Assembly (NCBI GenBank): GCA_943356525.1
Contig: CALRFG010000001.1
Span: 7,278 to 71,277 of the forward strand
Length of the DNA: 64,000 nt
Direction: 5' to 3'
Source: Candidatus Nomurabacteria bacterium
Lineage (GTDB): Bacteria; Patescibacteriota; Minisyncoccia; Phycocordibacterales; CAIZLB01
The position numbers were made by a program, and so were the translations under genes. Under the pieces are notes generated by a model. That model saw only the letters and a list, made by a program, of their open reading frames with translations. It was not told the DNA's origin and ran no database searches. This document shows, in pieces, positions 1 to 8,063 of the stretch (position 1 is its first letter; each line of letters begins with the position of its first letter).

Positions 1-993
1 TGAATTTAATTTACTTTGAATAACGATATTTTGAAAAGTGACACCAGAACCCATACCTGCACCAGCCGAATAACATAGTTTATTTTCAGTTCTCAATTTT
101 TCAAAAACTAAATCACTTATTACTAAAACAAGAAGTCTCAACGTGGCAATCTTTTTTGAATCTTTTTTCAAATCAAATATAGGTAATATTATTTCAGCTT
201 CTATACTAGCTTGTTCTTCATCACCAAGACCGATATCTATATATTTATTTTCATATTTATTTTCTTTAGGCTTTCCAATTGTTTTTAAGAGATTTGGAAT
301 CTCTGACTTTTTACCAACAGAAACTTGCTTCAGGTTTATGAGTATTGTATTTTTTATATCTTCAAGATTGTCTAAGTTTCCTGCAATAAAAATCTTAAGA
401 TTACTTTTAACCAAAAACCTATCCTTAGCTTTTCTTAAATCCTCAGGTGTATTTTTCTCTATAGTATCTACCCAACCAATAACACTATTGGTTCTTAGTA
501 ATTCAGGACAGTCAAATAAATTATTTTTTCTTAAAGTAATCAAATATTTTAAATATGTCTCATTTGTATAATATCTCCACAACTCTTGAACAATAACCTT
601 CTTTTCACTTTCCACCGCTTCTGGGTCAAATTTGGGACTAATAACAGAACTGAAGAATACATCTAATACATGCTCAGCATCTTGTGGTAGACATTTACCA
701 ATAATTTGTAGTTTATATAAACTTGTATTTGCATTTGCTGTTCCAAGTGTGTATTTATTTGAGAACTCTCTATAAGCTTTCTCATCTTCTATAAGATCGG
801 AACCTTTCAAAATCACATGCTCTAAAAAATGAGCACATCCTTCAAGCCCTGGTTCATCATGCATAGCACCGTAATCAAACACGAGTTTGATATGAACACA
901 CGGGGCTGTGGATATATGTTTATAATAAAAAGGTACACCATCTACAGAATCTTCGGTAAAAACATACGGATCTTCTTTAAAATATTTAGTCAT
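1..993 (-). CDS. M16 family (pitrilysin/insulinase-like) zinc peptidase, partial (C-terminus runs off the window start)
   Basis: Reverse-strand translation gives MTKYFKEDPYVFTEDSVDGVPFYYKHISTAPCVHIKLVFDYGAMHDEPGLEGCAHFLEHVILKGS... with the inverted zinc-binding HxxEH motif (HFLEH). ATG is the complement of 991-993 and a TATAAT lies ~10 nt upstream. The frame stays open to position 1. The + strand ORFs 143..571 and 829..1053 are antisense to it. Confidence 0.75.
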   Translation of the reverse strand, partial: MTKYFKEDPYVFTEDSVDGVPFYYKHISTAPCVHIKLVFDYGAMHDEPGLEGCAHFLEHVILKGSDLIEDEKAYREFSNKYTLGTANANTSLYKLQIIGKCLPQDAEHVLDVFFSSVISPKFDPEAVESEKKVIVQELWRYYTNETYLKYLITLRKNNLFDCPELLRTNSVIGWVDTIEKNTPEDLRKAKDRFLVKSNLKIFIAGNLDNLEDIKNTILINLKQVSVGKKSEIPNLLKTIGKPKENKYENKYIDIGLGDEEQASIEAEIILPIFDLKKDSKKIATLRLLVLVISDLVFEKLRTENKLCYSAGAGMGSGVTFQNIVIQSKLNS

Positions 994-1069
994 AGGTTTA
1001 ATTATAGCAGGGCTGTCAAATCTTCCTATCTATGTAATAATAACCCCATGTAGTCGTTTACATATATAC

Positions 1070-1463
1070 GGGGATGACCGGATTCGATATATAGATCTTT
1101 AACACATATGCGTAACCGAGTACCCTCAAATCTCGTTAAACTTTGAGGAACCCTATGTGCTAAAACACAGAAAGCTGTTGCGTCCAATTTTGGATTCAGC
1201 AACTCTTTCGCCTTTGCTAGAGCCTAGCTCTACCTCATGCGAGACATCTTACTACTATCTACTTTGTGTAGGAGATAAGGTGTAATATAGCAAAGTAAGG
1301 TTAAGGTGTTATCTTGAGCCTTGATCGAGATTATAAGATTAGTTTATATGATGTTTGGATGTGTATTTATAATCATATAAATGAAGTTTGAAAACATATC
1401 TATGTTACGTAGATGTATGTGTTATACCTATATAGACGAGGGTTCAACTCCCTCCATCTCCAC
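1070..1463 (+). ncRNA. ssrA: tmRNA (ssrA)
   Basis: 5' GGGGATGACCGGATTCGA matches the tmRNA 5' consensus GGGGnUGAnnnGGAUUCGA. The 3' end GACGAGGGTTCAACTCCCTCCATCTCCA is a tRNA-Ala-like T-arm plus acceptor stem. The acceptor pairs GGGGATG with CATCTCC, including the G3-U70 wobble. An internal reading frame ends ...SNSFAFARA-stop, which is a candidate tag peptide. Confidence 0.85.
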
Positions 1464-1662
1464 TTTTCAAAGAATTTCAAATTATTTGTAATAATTTATA
1501 TTTTATATTTTTGTTTTATACAAGAGCGTGAAAATAAGGTCGTAAAAATATCCATCTATCAGATATATAAACCCGATTATACATTCAGAAATGCCTCAGG
1601 CTTTTCATTTAATTAGAAGAAAAGATAAAAATATTAAACTTTTAGTAGTTAAGGTAATGTCG

Positions 1663-2982
1663 TTAAAAATTAAACGATTCAAGGCAGTCTCGATAATAAA
1701 AATTTTTATTAACTATCAAATCACAAATTTTTCTATCTTTATTTATTATTGCCGAATTTATAAAACATACATTTACGACATCTTCTGTTTTAAATTGATT
1801 GCACAAGTTGGGATCATCTATTGTTTTATTTTCCAAAATAATTAGTTTACATATTTCTGGCGTAATATAAGTATAAGTATTTTTACTAATTTTTTCACAA
1901 ATTTTTGTATCTTTTTTTGTGAATGCTACGTTAAAATAACATTTATCTTTAAGATAACTATCATTCTGTGATTCACAAACAGACTCACCCCTTTGTATTA
2001 TGGCAAAATTAATCTTACATTCACTCTGTAACCCTTTAGATACCTCATTTCGAGAAGAAACGTCAGCAAAAGTATTTATTTGTTCACAGATCTTTAATCT
2101 ATCATCATAGTTTTTATCCGTGATTTTTCTATCCATAGTATTTTCTATAAAATCCTTATAAAACAAGTCTTTGCTTTCAAAATTAGGTTTAATAATTTTT
2201 AATGAAAAATATCGATTTGAATTTTTATAATTTATTTTAAAATAAAAGACATTTTCATTCCAAAAAAAATCTGCGAGAGAAGCGTCGTAATGACTACTTC
2301 TTACATATTTTCCAATTTTTATATATCTACCATCTTTGGTAAACAAAGCCAAAACATCTTCCTTGTTGTATGATGTGAATGAGAATCTGGTAGAATTTTG
2401 TTTATCAGAATAACTTAATATAGCAAAATCTCCATATGTATTCACTGTAGTATTATTTGTATAGGTATCAGCGTCACTTATTTTTTTAATCTTATTCTCA
2501 CTAAGATCAAAATAAAAAGTATCCCCCTCATATGACCATTCACTTTCATTTTTTAAAATTACAGCGTAATCAAAAATTTTATAAGAATAATTTGGTACAT
2601 ACGGAGAAAGTAAATATTCATCGTTTTCTGTCTTTAGTGTATTTGGTGGATAAAGAAAGTTCTTTTTTATATAATTAAATTTATTTTTTGAAAATTTACC
2701 TTCTGCCTCTTCAGCAAGAACACCAGTTTTTTTCATATCCATGAAATCTGAAATAAAAATTTCTTCAATAGATACTATAGAATTATCAAAAAATAAATTT
2801 GTACCCTCTAATCTTTTTAACCCCTCGCCATTATTTGATGGTGTGAAAAAAAAGTAAAAAATACTCAGAACTAAAAACAAGATAATTAATCCTATACGCA
2901 AAGATAAAATATCTTTTATTTTAATTTTTTTCTTCATAACCAAAATTATATCATATAAAAAAAATATCCTAAGTAATCTCAA
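1663..2982 (-). CDS. hypothetical membrane-anchored/secreted protein with Cys-rich C-terminal repeats
   Basis: 439-aa ORF with an N-terminal hydrophobic anchor (the internal Met MKKKIKIKDILSLRIGLIILFLVLSIFYFFF is the likelier start, ~2934). The C-terminal third has many Cys in a repeated C-x-K-I/D-x-N pattern. No recognisable catalytic motif. Confidence 0.55.
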   Translation of the reverse strand: MRLLRIFFLYDIILVMKKKIKIKDILSLRIGLIILFLVLSIFYFFFTPSNNGEGLKRLEGTNLFFDNSIVSIEEIFISDFMDMKKTGVLAEEAEGKFSKNKFNYIKKNFLYPPNTLKTENDEYLLSPYVPNYSYKIFDYAVILKNESEWSYEGDTFYFDLSENKIKKISDADTYTNNTTVNTYGDFAILSYSDKQNSTRFSFTSYNKEDVLALFTKDGRYIKIGKYVRSSHYDASLADFFWNENVFYFKINYKNSNRYFSLKIIKPNFESKDLFYKDFIENTMDRKITDKNYDDRLKICEQINTFADVSSRNEVSKGLQSECKINFAIIQRGESVCESQNDSYLKDKCYFNVAFTKKDTKICEKISKNTYTYITPEICKLIILENKTIDDPNLCNQFKTEDVVNVCFINSAIINKDRKICDLIVNKNFYYRDCLESFNF

Positions 2983-3281
2983 CCCTCACAGAGAGCCTTC
3001 ACAGGACTCACACTGTGGGGGCTTTTCTTTTACACCTTAGAGTACCTAAAAATAAACTCCAAAACCTCACCAAAATGATTTGATAAATTTGCCCTCGTGT
3101 CCACAAAATTAGAAACAACTCCTTAGGGAGTTGTTTTCGATATAGGTGATGAGAAAGTGCATAGTTGCACTTTCGGGTGAGAGTTGAAAAGCTTTGCTAT
3201 ATTTTTGAGGGGCTTTGCTCCGAAAAAATAGCAAAGGTGTACTGAGACTGTAAGTCTCTACCCCCCCCTCCATCTCCACAA

Positions 3282-3300
3282 AGCAGAAATAACCCGAAAG
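3282..3300 (-). terminator. rho-independent terminator downstream of the 993-aa gene
   Basis: On the minus strand AACCCTTTCGGGTT forms a hairpin followed by a T-rich tract (ATTTCTGCTTTG), just past the stop codon at 3336. Confidence 0.45.
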
Positions 3301-3335
3301 GGTTGTTTCTTTATCTTAAAATATAAAACTAATTA

Positions 3336-6317
3336 CTAAATCTCTGAAATCTCAGGACTTATACGGCAAATAGTAGATGATGAAAGATTTACACCTGGAC
3401 CTCTACAATTAACAGTTATTTTATGATTTGTTTTTAGATTATCAACACTTACAAATCCAGAATTTGAACCGTTGATAGGATCTAAATTAATTATTGGATT
3501 TGTAGGTGTTAATATGTTTTCGCCGATAGATACGACATCACAACTTGTATCATTTGGCATATTTTCTATATCCCAACTTACAACACATTTTCCACCCTTA
3601 TCAACAATTACATTAGGTTCTTTATTTAAGATTATCGAAGCTGAGTTTTGGGATCCAATATCATCTATTGCAGGAATAATACATGTTGTATTAACCGTTC
3701 TAAGCGTATTTGAATCTCTACTTTTATCAATTATATTAACAGGTATGGTTTGCTTTGATGTTGTCTTATTTATTGTAAACGAATTAGTTATAATTTTTTG
3801 GTTATCTTTATAATATTCTATTGTCGCACCATTTAAAGGACTTGCTATCAATATCACATTTGACACCGAAGGGGAGTTATTGTCGGAAACTGAACAACTT
3901 AGAAACAATTTACATTCTTTACTGTCTTTTTCATTGCTGACAGTTTCATTTGTTGTTTTATTGAAGCAAACCATATTTTGGGAATTACACCCACACTCAA
4001 TTTCATCGGCAGGAGGAGTTTCTATATTATTGACACATTGACCTTCAGGGTTTTTTATATAGTTTGTATCAATATAGTCACCGTCCAATGTTTTTTTTCT
4101 TATTATGTTACCAAATTTAATATAATCACCTTCTAGGTTTGGACAAACTGAAGTTATTTCACCAGGACAAACTCCTGCACCTGCAACACATACTTCTTGT
4201 GAATATATTCTAAAAGTTGAGGTGTTACCCCGAGCTTGATTTTGTAACATTATATAAAACTTATGTTTTCCTGGGGTTGTAGGCATTTTATATGTACCAG
4301 CATTTATATTATAGTTACTACTTCTTTCATGACCTCCAGCATTATAATAACCATTACCCCACGCTGAGGAAGCCCATAAATATTTACCTGATTTACCTTG
4401 AACGTTAGTATTTGTAAAACCAGTTTGAGGATAGGTTTTATATGGACCTTTAATAACCTCTGGATGACTTTGAACGCCACCTATTGAACTTATAGCAGTC
4501 CAAAAAGAAGCAAGTCTAGGTAAAACTCGTGGCCCCCACGTATCACCAGAATAAAATAAAACATTAATCCATTGAATTGTTGTATATCTTACTGATCTGA
4601 AATTTCTTGAAGTTACCTGTTGCCAAATATGTGCATCGTATATACCATTTAGATTAAAATTCCACCAATCATCACTAGGACCAAATAGATTGTTATTAAA
4701 TCCAGCATTATTACAAGCAACATAAGATGCATTAACCTGTAAAGTAAAGTCTTCACCCGGTTGATATATTCTTACATCACTAGGTTGAGGTGAGATAAAA
4801 GAATTTAATTTAAAATTTTGGGAAGAGTTAGCTTGTGGGGCTAACTCTGTTGTAAAAGCCTCCACTTTTTGAGAGATTAAAAATAAAGGAGTTAGTGCAA
4901 TTAAAAATAGCAAAGTACTTTTAGGCACTTTTTTATTTATTTTTTTTCTGAAAAATATAATTATAATAAATATTATAGGTAATAATGAAAGTAGAATAAT
5001 ATATGTGATTCTTATAGAATATTCTCCTAAATAAGTATTTTCTAATTCTTTCTCTGAAGGTAGATTAGTTTCATATCTTGATAAAATATCACCTTCTTCA
5101 TCAACCATCTCAGCTTTTATAATAAAACCGCTTACTGTTTTTGATATATCAACCTCAATAGCAGTAGTACTTGCTGCCGATAAATTTATTTGTGTCTGAC
5201 CTTCGCCTATAATATTATTCTTTCTATCAAAAATAGATAATTTTATCATTGCGGTTTTATTCACAGCAGTATTTTGAGTGTTACTAGCATTTTCTGTTGA
5301 ATCTTTTTCTATTTGATCGTAAAAAAACTTAGCAACTTCCTCAGAAGACATACTTGATATATCAACACCTTCAGGTTCACTTGTATCAAAATCATCAGTC
5401 TGATCATTTACAGCATTAATATCAAAAAAATCTTCATTTGTTATATTTAAAGGAATTCCAGCATATTCAATATTAACTTTAATTTTTTCTCCCTTCTTCG
5501 CGTCCAAAGAAGATGTATTTATGTTTAATATTGTACCTATATTACCTTCTAAAATATATCTAAAATAGGAAGATGGTATATAGTATTCGAGATTTTCAAA
5601 TGTTAAAACCCCAGCATAGACGAGAGGATTTATATTTGTTGGTAATTTCAATCTATACTCCTTGTTAGAATCCAATTCAATATCATCTAGTATGATGGTT
5701 TCTAAGGGTTTATTATTCAAAGTTGTTCTATTGTATAATTCTATTTTAGGTTTAACAGTAAGTCCTTTAATACCTATCTTGTCTATTTTGAATTTGATAA
5801 AAATATTTCCATCTTTTTTTACTGTTGGACCTTGTTGAGGGAAAAAATTTTTTCCTTCGGCTTCAATATTAAAATTATTTAAAGTTAAATTTTTTTTATT
5901 TTTTTTACTTTTTATAATTATAGGTTTTTGAATCTGATTTAAAAAAGTTCCATCTTTTGAGTAAACTGTAACAATAAAATCTGCTTTTGAGTTTAATTCG
6001 GTATTTAAAATATGTTCAAAATTAAAAACCTTATTAGATTTTGATTCTAAATAAATATTTTTTCCATATTGGAAATCGCTTTCTATTATTTGATTATCTA
6101 AACTTGTGGATATAAAAGTTTGTATATAAATATCTGACTCTCTTGAGGTTGAATTATTAAATATTCTAACGGAACCTTTAATAATTTCTTTTTCATTGTA
6201 TTCTATTTTATCTATAAATAAATCATTTACATAAACCCCTTCATCTTGGGCTAGTATTGTATTTTTATTACTAAAAATACAAAAAATAAATATGGAGATT
6301 AAAAATATTTTTTTCAT
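3336..6317 (-). CDS. giant surface protein, paralog 1: signal peptide, N-domain, 2-TM hairpin, C-domain, then conserved C-terminal domain
   Basis: 993-aa ORF. Signal peptide MKKIFLISIFIFCIFSNKNTILA. Mid-protein TM (YIILLSLLPIIFIIIIFF), then RKKINKK, then a second signal-like hydrophobic segment (LLFLIALTPLFLISQKVEA). C-terminal ~90 aa (VDKGGKCVVSWDIENMP...ICRISPEISEI) is shared with the genes at 6375 and 8064. Confidence 0.8.
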   Translation of the reverse strand: MKKIFLISIFIFCIFSNKNTILAQDEGVYVNDLFIDKIEYNEKEIIKGSVRIFNNSTSRESDIYIQTFISTSLDNQIIESDFQYGKNIYLESKSNKVFNFEHILNTELNSKADFIVTVYSKDGTFLNQIQKPIIIKSKKNKKNLTLNNFNIEAEGKNFFPQQGPTVKKDGNIFIKFKIDKIGIKGLTVKPKIELYNRTTLNNKPLETIILDDIELDSNKEYRLKLPTNINPLVYAGVLTFENLEYYIPSSYFRYILEGNIGTILNINTSSLDAKKGEKIKVNIEYAGIPLNITNEDFFDINAVNDQTDDFDTSEPEGVDISSMSSEEVAKFFYDQIEKDSTENASNTQNTAVNKTAMIKLSIFDRKNNIIGEGQTQINLSAASTTAIEVDISKTVSGFIIKAEMVDEEGDILSRYETNLPSEKELENTYLGEYSIRITYIILLSLLPIIFIIIIFFRKKINKKVPKSTLLFLIALTPLFLISQKVEAFTTELAPQANSSQNFKLNSFISPQPSDVRIYQPGEDFTLQVNASYVACNNAGFNNNLFGPSDDWWNFNLNGIYDAHIWQQVTSRNFRSVRYTTIQWINVLFYSGDTWGPRVLPRLASFWTAISSIGGVQSHPEVIKGPYKTYPQTGFTNTNVQGKSGKYLWASSAWGNGYYNAGGHERSSNYNINAGTYKMPTTPGKHKFYIMLQNQARGNTSTFRIYSQEVCVAGAGVCPGEITSVCPNLEGDYIKFGNIIRKKTLDGDYIDTNYIKNPEGQCVNNIETPPADEIECGCNSQNMVCFNKTTNETVSNEKDSKECKLFLSCSVSDNNSPSVSNVILIASPLNGATIEYYKDNQKIITNSFTINKTTSKQTIPVNIIDKSRDSNTLRTVNTTCIIPAIDDIGSQNSASIILNKEPNVIVDKGGKCVVSWDIENMPNDTSCDVVSIGENILTPTNPIINLDPINGSNSGFVSVDNLKTNHKITVNCRGPGVNLSSSTICRISPEISEI

Positions 6318-6368
6318 AATAATATTATATATTATCTACTTTTTAAGTGCTAATTAAATTAGTTAATT
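6318..6368 (-). promoter_or_regulatory. duplicated upstream/promoter region (copy 1) of the paralog family
   Basis: The ~45 nt immediately upstream of the start codon (AATAATATTATATATTATCTACTTTTTAAGTGCTAATTAAATTA) is near-identical to 7907..7951 upstream of the 7906 gene start (2 mismatches). AT-rich with TATA-like boxes. Confidence 0.5.
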
Positions 6369-6374
6369 AAAATC

Positions 6375-7547
6375 TTATATTTCGTTAATTTCTGGGTTTA
6401 CACGACATACAGCAGACTCAGTCAGAGAAGGATTTAGGTTAACTCCTGCACAGGTTATACTAAACTTTGTATTTGACTGTATATCACTTTGGGTATATGA
6501 ACCTGTTGACGTACTGTTTACGGTAGCGTTAACTTTAATACCATCTCGTTTTAAAGTACACTCTGTGCCTGGTGGCATATTTTCTATTTTCCAAGACAAT
6601 TTACAGTCTCCACCTTTATCTAAGGTTACTAGGGGTTTTTTTGTTATTTTTATTGATGGTTTAGCTACCGGATCTTTTGGTTTGGTGATTGTTTCACTTG
6701 TATCTGCTTCACATTTAACAGTTTTTGATGTGTTATCAAAACTATCAGTCACAGTAACATCCATAGTCTGAAGTGACTTTGTATTTGGAATAGTGTATGT
6801 ATATGATGTTCCAGGATATTGTATTTTAGTATCTTTACCTGTACTGGTATACGTAATTGTTGCTATGTTCTGAGAAGGCGTTACTGTAAATTCAACATTT
6901 AAATTATTAATACTAGCATCACAGACTGCACTTAGACCGCACATAGGGGCGTTTGCGTCTCTTGTTTCCTCCTCACTGTTCCGTGTACCCACCCAATCTC
7001 TACCAACGCAGGCATAAGTTACGGGAGATAAACATTCACCATTTATCCCTTCTAATCCTTCAGGTATCTCTGTTTGTATTTCATTAATGTTTGAACATAA
7101 ATCTGGAATAGTTAGTACACAGTCACCGTTAACGTCAAGCTCATATCCTTCAGGTATCTCTGTTTGTATTTCATCAATATTTGGACATACATCGGAGACC
7201 TCTTCTTCAACGCAAAGACCTGCCCCTGTTACACAATATGTATGCTCAAAAAGTATATATGCTGAAGGTTTATAATATGTTAATTGTTTACCTTGTTCAG
7301 ATGTACCGTAGAGAGGGTTATAGTAACTTGAACAATACTCTCCATAACCAGCACTACTGGGGTCAGCATAACCCCCAGAACTCCCAGGACTCCAGAACCC
7401 ACAGGATGAAATAACAATAGGTCCGTTATAATATTCTCTAGGTTCATACGTATTCTCGACTGTGTTTCTGTATGCGTATATATATATATAGCATGTTTTC
7501 CAGGTATAGTTGATGCTTTGTACGGTTTTGTATATACACCAAATATA
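6375..7547 (-). pseudogene. paralog 2, C-terminal portion (frame 0), open stop-to-stop from 7547 with no start of its own; part of a frameshifted gene
   Basis: Hand translation upstream of the annotated GTG at 6992 continues in frame: ...SSCGFWSPGSSGGYADPSSAGYGEYCSSYYNPLYGTSEQGKQLTYYKPSAYILFEHTYCVTGAGLCVEEEVSDVCPNIDEIQTEIPEGYELDVNGDCVLTIPDLCSNINEIQTEIPEG...GTRNSEEE... This aligns with paralog 1 (RIYSQEVCVAGAGVCPGEITSVCPNLEGDY...). It ends with the shared CTD ...AVCRVNPEINEI. Confidence 0.6.
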
Positions 7548-7906
7548 TTACGCGTTACTTTAGTAGCGTTTTTAACATTTCTCCACCATACAACATCTGT
7601 TATGTAACCAAATACATTAAACGAGTATGCATTTTCTGTTTCATTTTTAACATAAAAATCAACAGTATACGTTTCATTATTACAATCAGATAGAGAAGTG
7701 AAGAAAGTTAGATTAAAAGCCTCGCCTGGTGAATAGTTTTTACCTAAACGGTAATCATAAGGTGAAGATACTGATGATATCCTAAATTCTGGAAAATCTG
7801 ATGATCTAACCGGATAAGCCTCAGCATTAACCCAAACATAACCTGACAAAAGCAACATTACAAACATTAATATTTTCTTATTTAAAAATAAAAACATTTT
7901 TTTCAT
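7280..7906 (-). pseudogene. paralog 2, N-terminal portion (frame 2): signal peptide plus start of C-domain; apparent frameshift joins it to the 6375..7547 frame
   Basis: 208-aa ORF MKKMFLFLNKKILMFVMLLLSGYVWVNAEA... Its residues ...YKASTIPGKHAIYIYTHTETQ align with paralog 1 ...YKMPTTPGKHKFYIMLQNQ. The homolog then continues in the other frame, so a +/-1 frameshift lies around 7400-7450. Confidence 0.6.
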
Positions 7907-7951
7907 AATAATATTATATATTATTTACTTTTTAAGTACTAATTAAATTAA
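7907..7951 (-). promoter_or_regulatory. duplicated upstream/promoter region (copy 2)
   Basis: AATAATATTATATATTATTTACTTTTTAAGTACTAATTAAATTA is near-identical to 6318..6362. Confidence 0.5.
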
Positions 7952-8055
7952 TCAATTTTCACTGACCTCATATCCATATCCTCAACATAATCAAATCTTA
8001 TTACAATATCTGGTTTTATTTCATCACTTTCTATAACACTAGGCCATTCTATAAA
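7947..8055 (-). repeat. duplicated fragment of the tsaE 3' end (last ~35 codons plus stop), a remnant of segmental duplication
   Basis: ~109 nt match 10932..11040 (the tsaE C-terminus ...IEWPIIIENDEIKPDIVIRFDYVEDVDMRSVKID-stop) with a few mismatches. It sits between the 943-aa gene stop and the paralog 2 promoter copy. Confidence 0.75.
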
Positions 8056-8063
8056 CACATGAA

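Noticed and set aside
143-1053. Plus-strand ORFs 143..571 and 829..1053
   Set aside because: They are antisense to a well-supported M16 peptidase gene (HFLEH motif) on the minus strand. Their translations are low-complexity hydrophobic, typical of antisense AT-rich frames.
2990-3265. Structured non-coding region, considered as RNase P RNA, SRP RNA or 6S RNA
   Set aside because: The conserved cores I know for these RNAs (RNase P P4 AGGAAAGUCC...; SRP domain IV GGAAGCAGCC; 6S central bubble architecture) are not recognisable. It is left as an unassigned structured element.
3472-3813. Plus-strand ORFs inside the giant genes (3472..3813, 6565..6771, 7087..7414, 8218..8769, 9790..10080)
   Set aside because: They are embedded antisense within long, homology-supported minus-strand genes.
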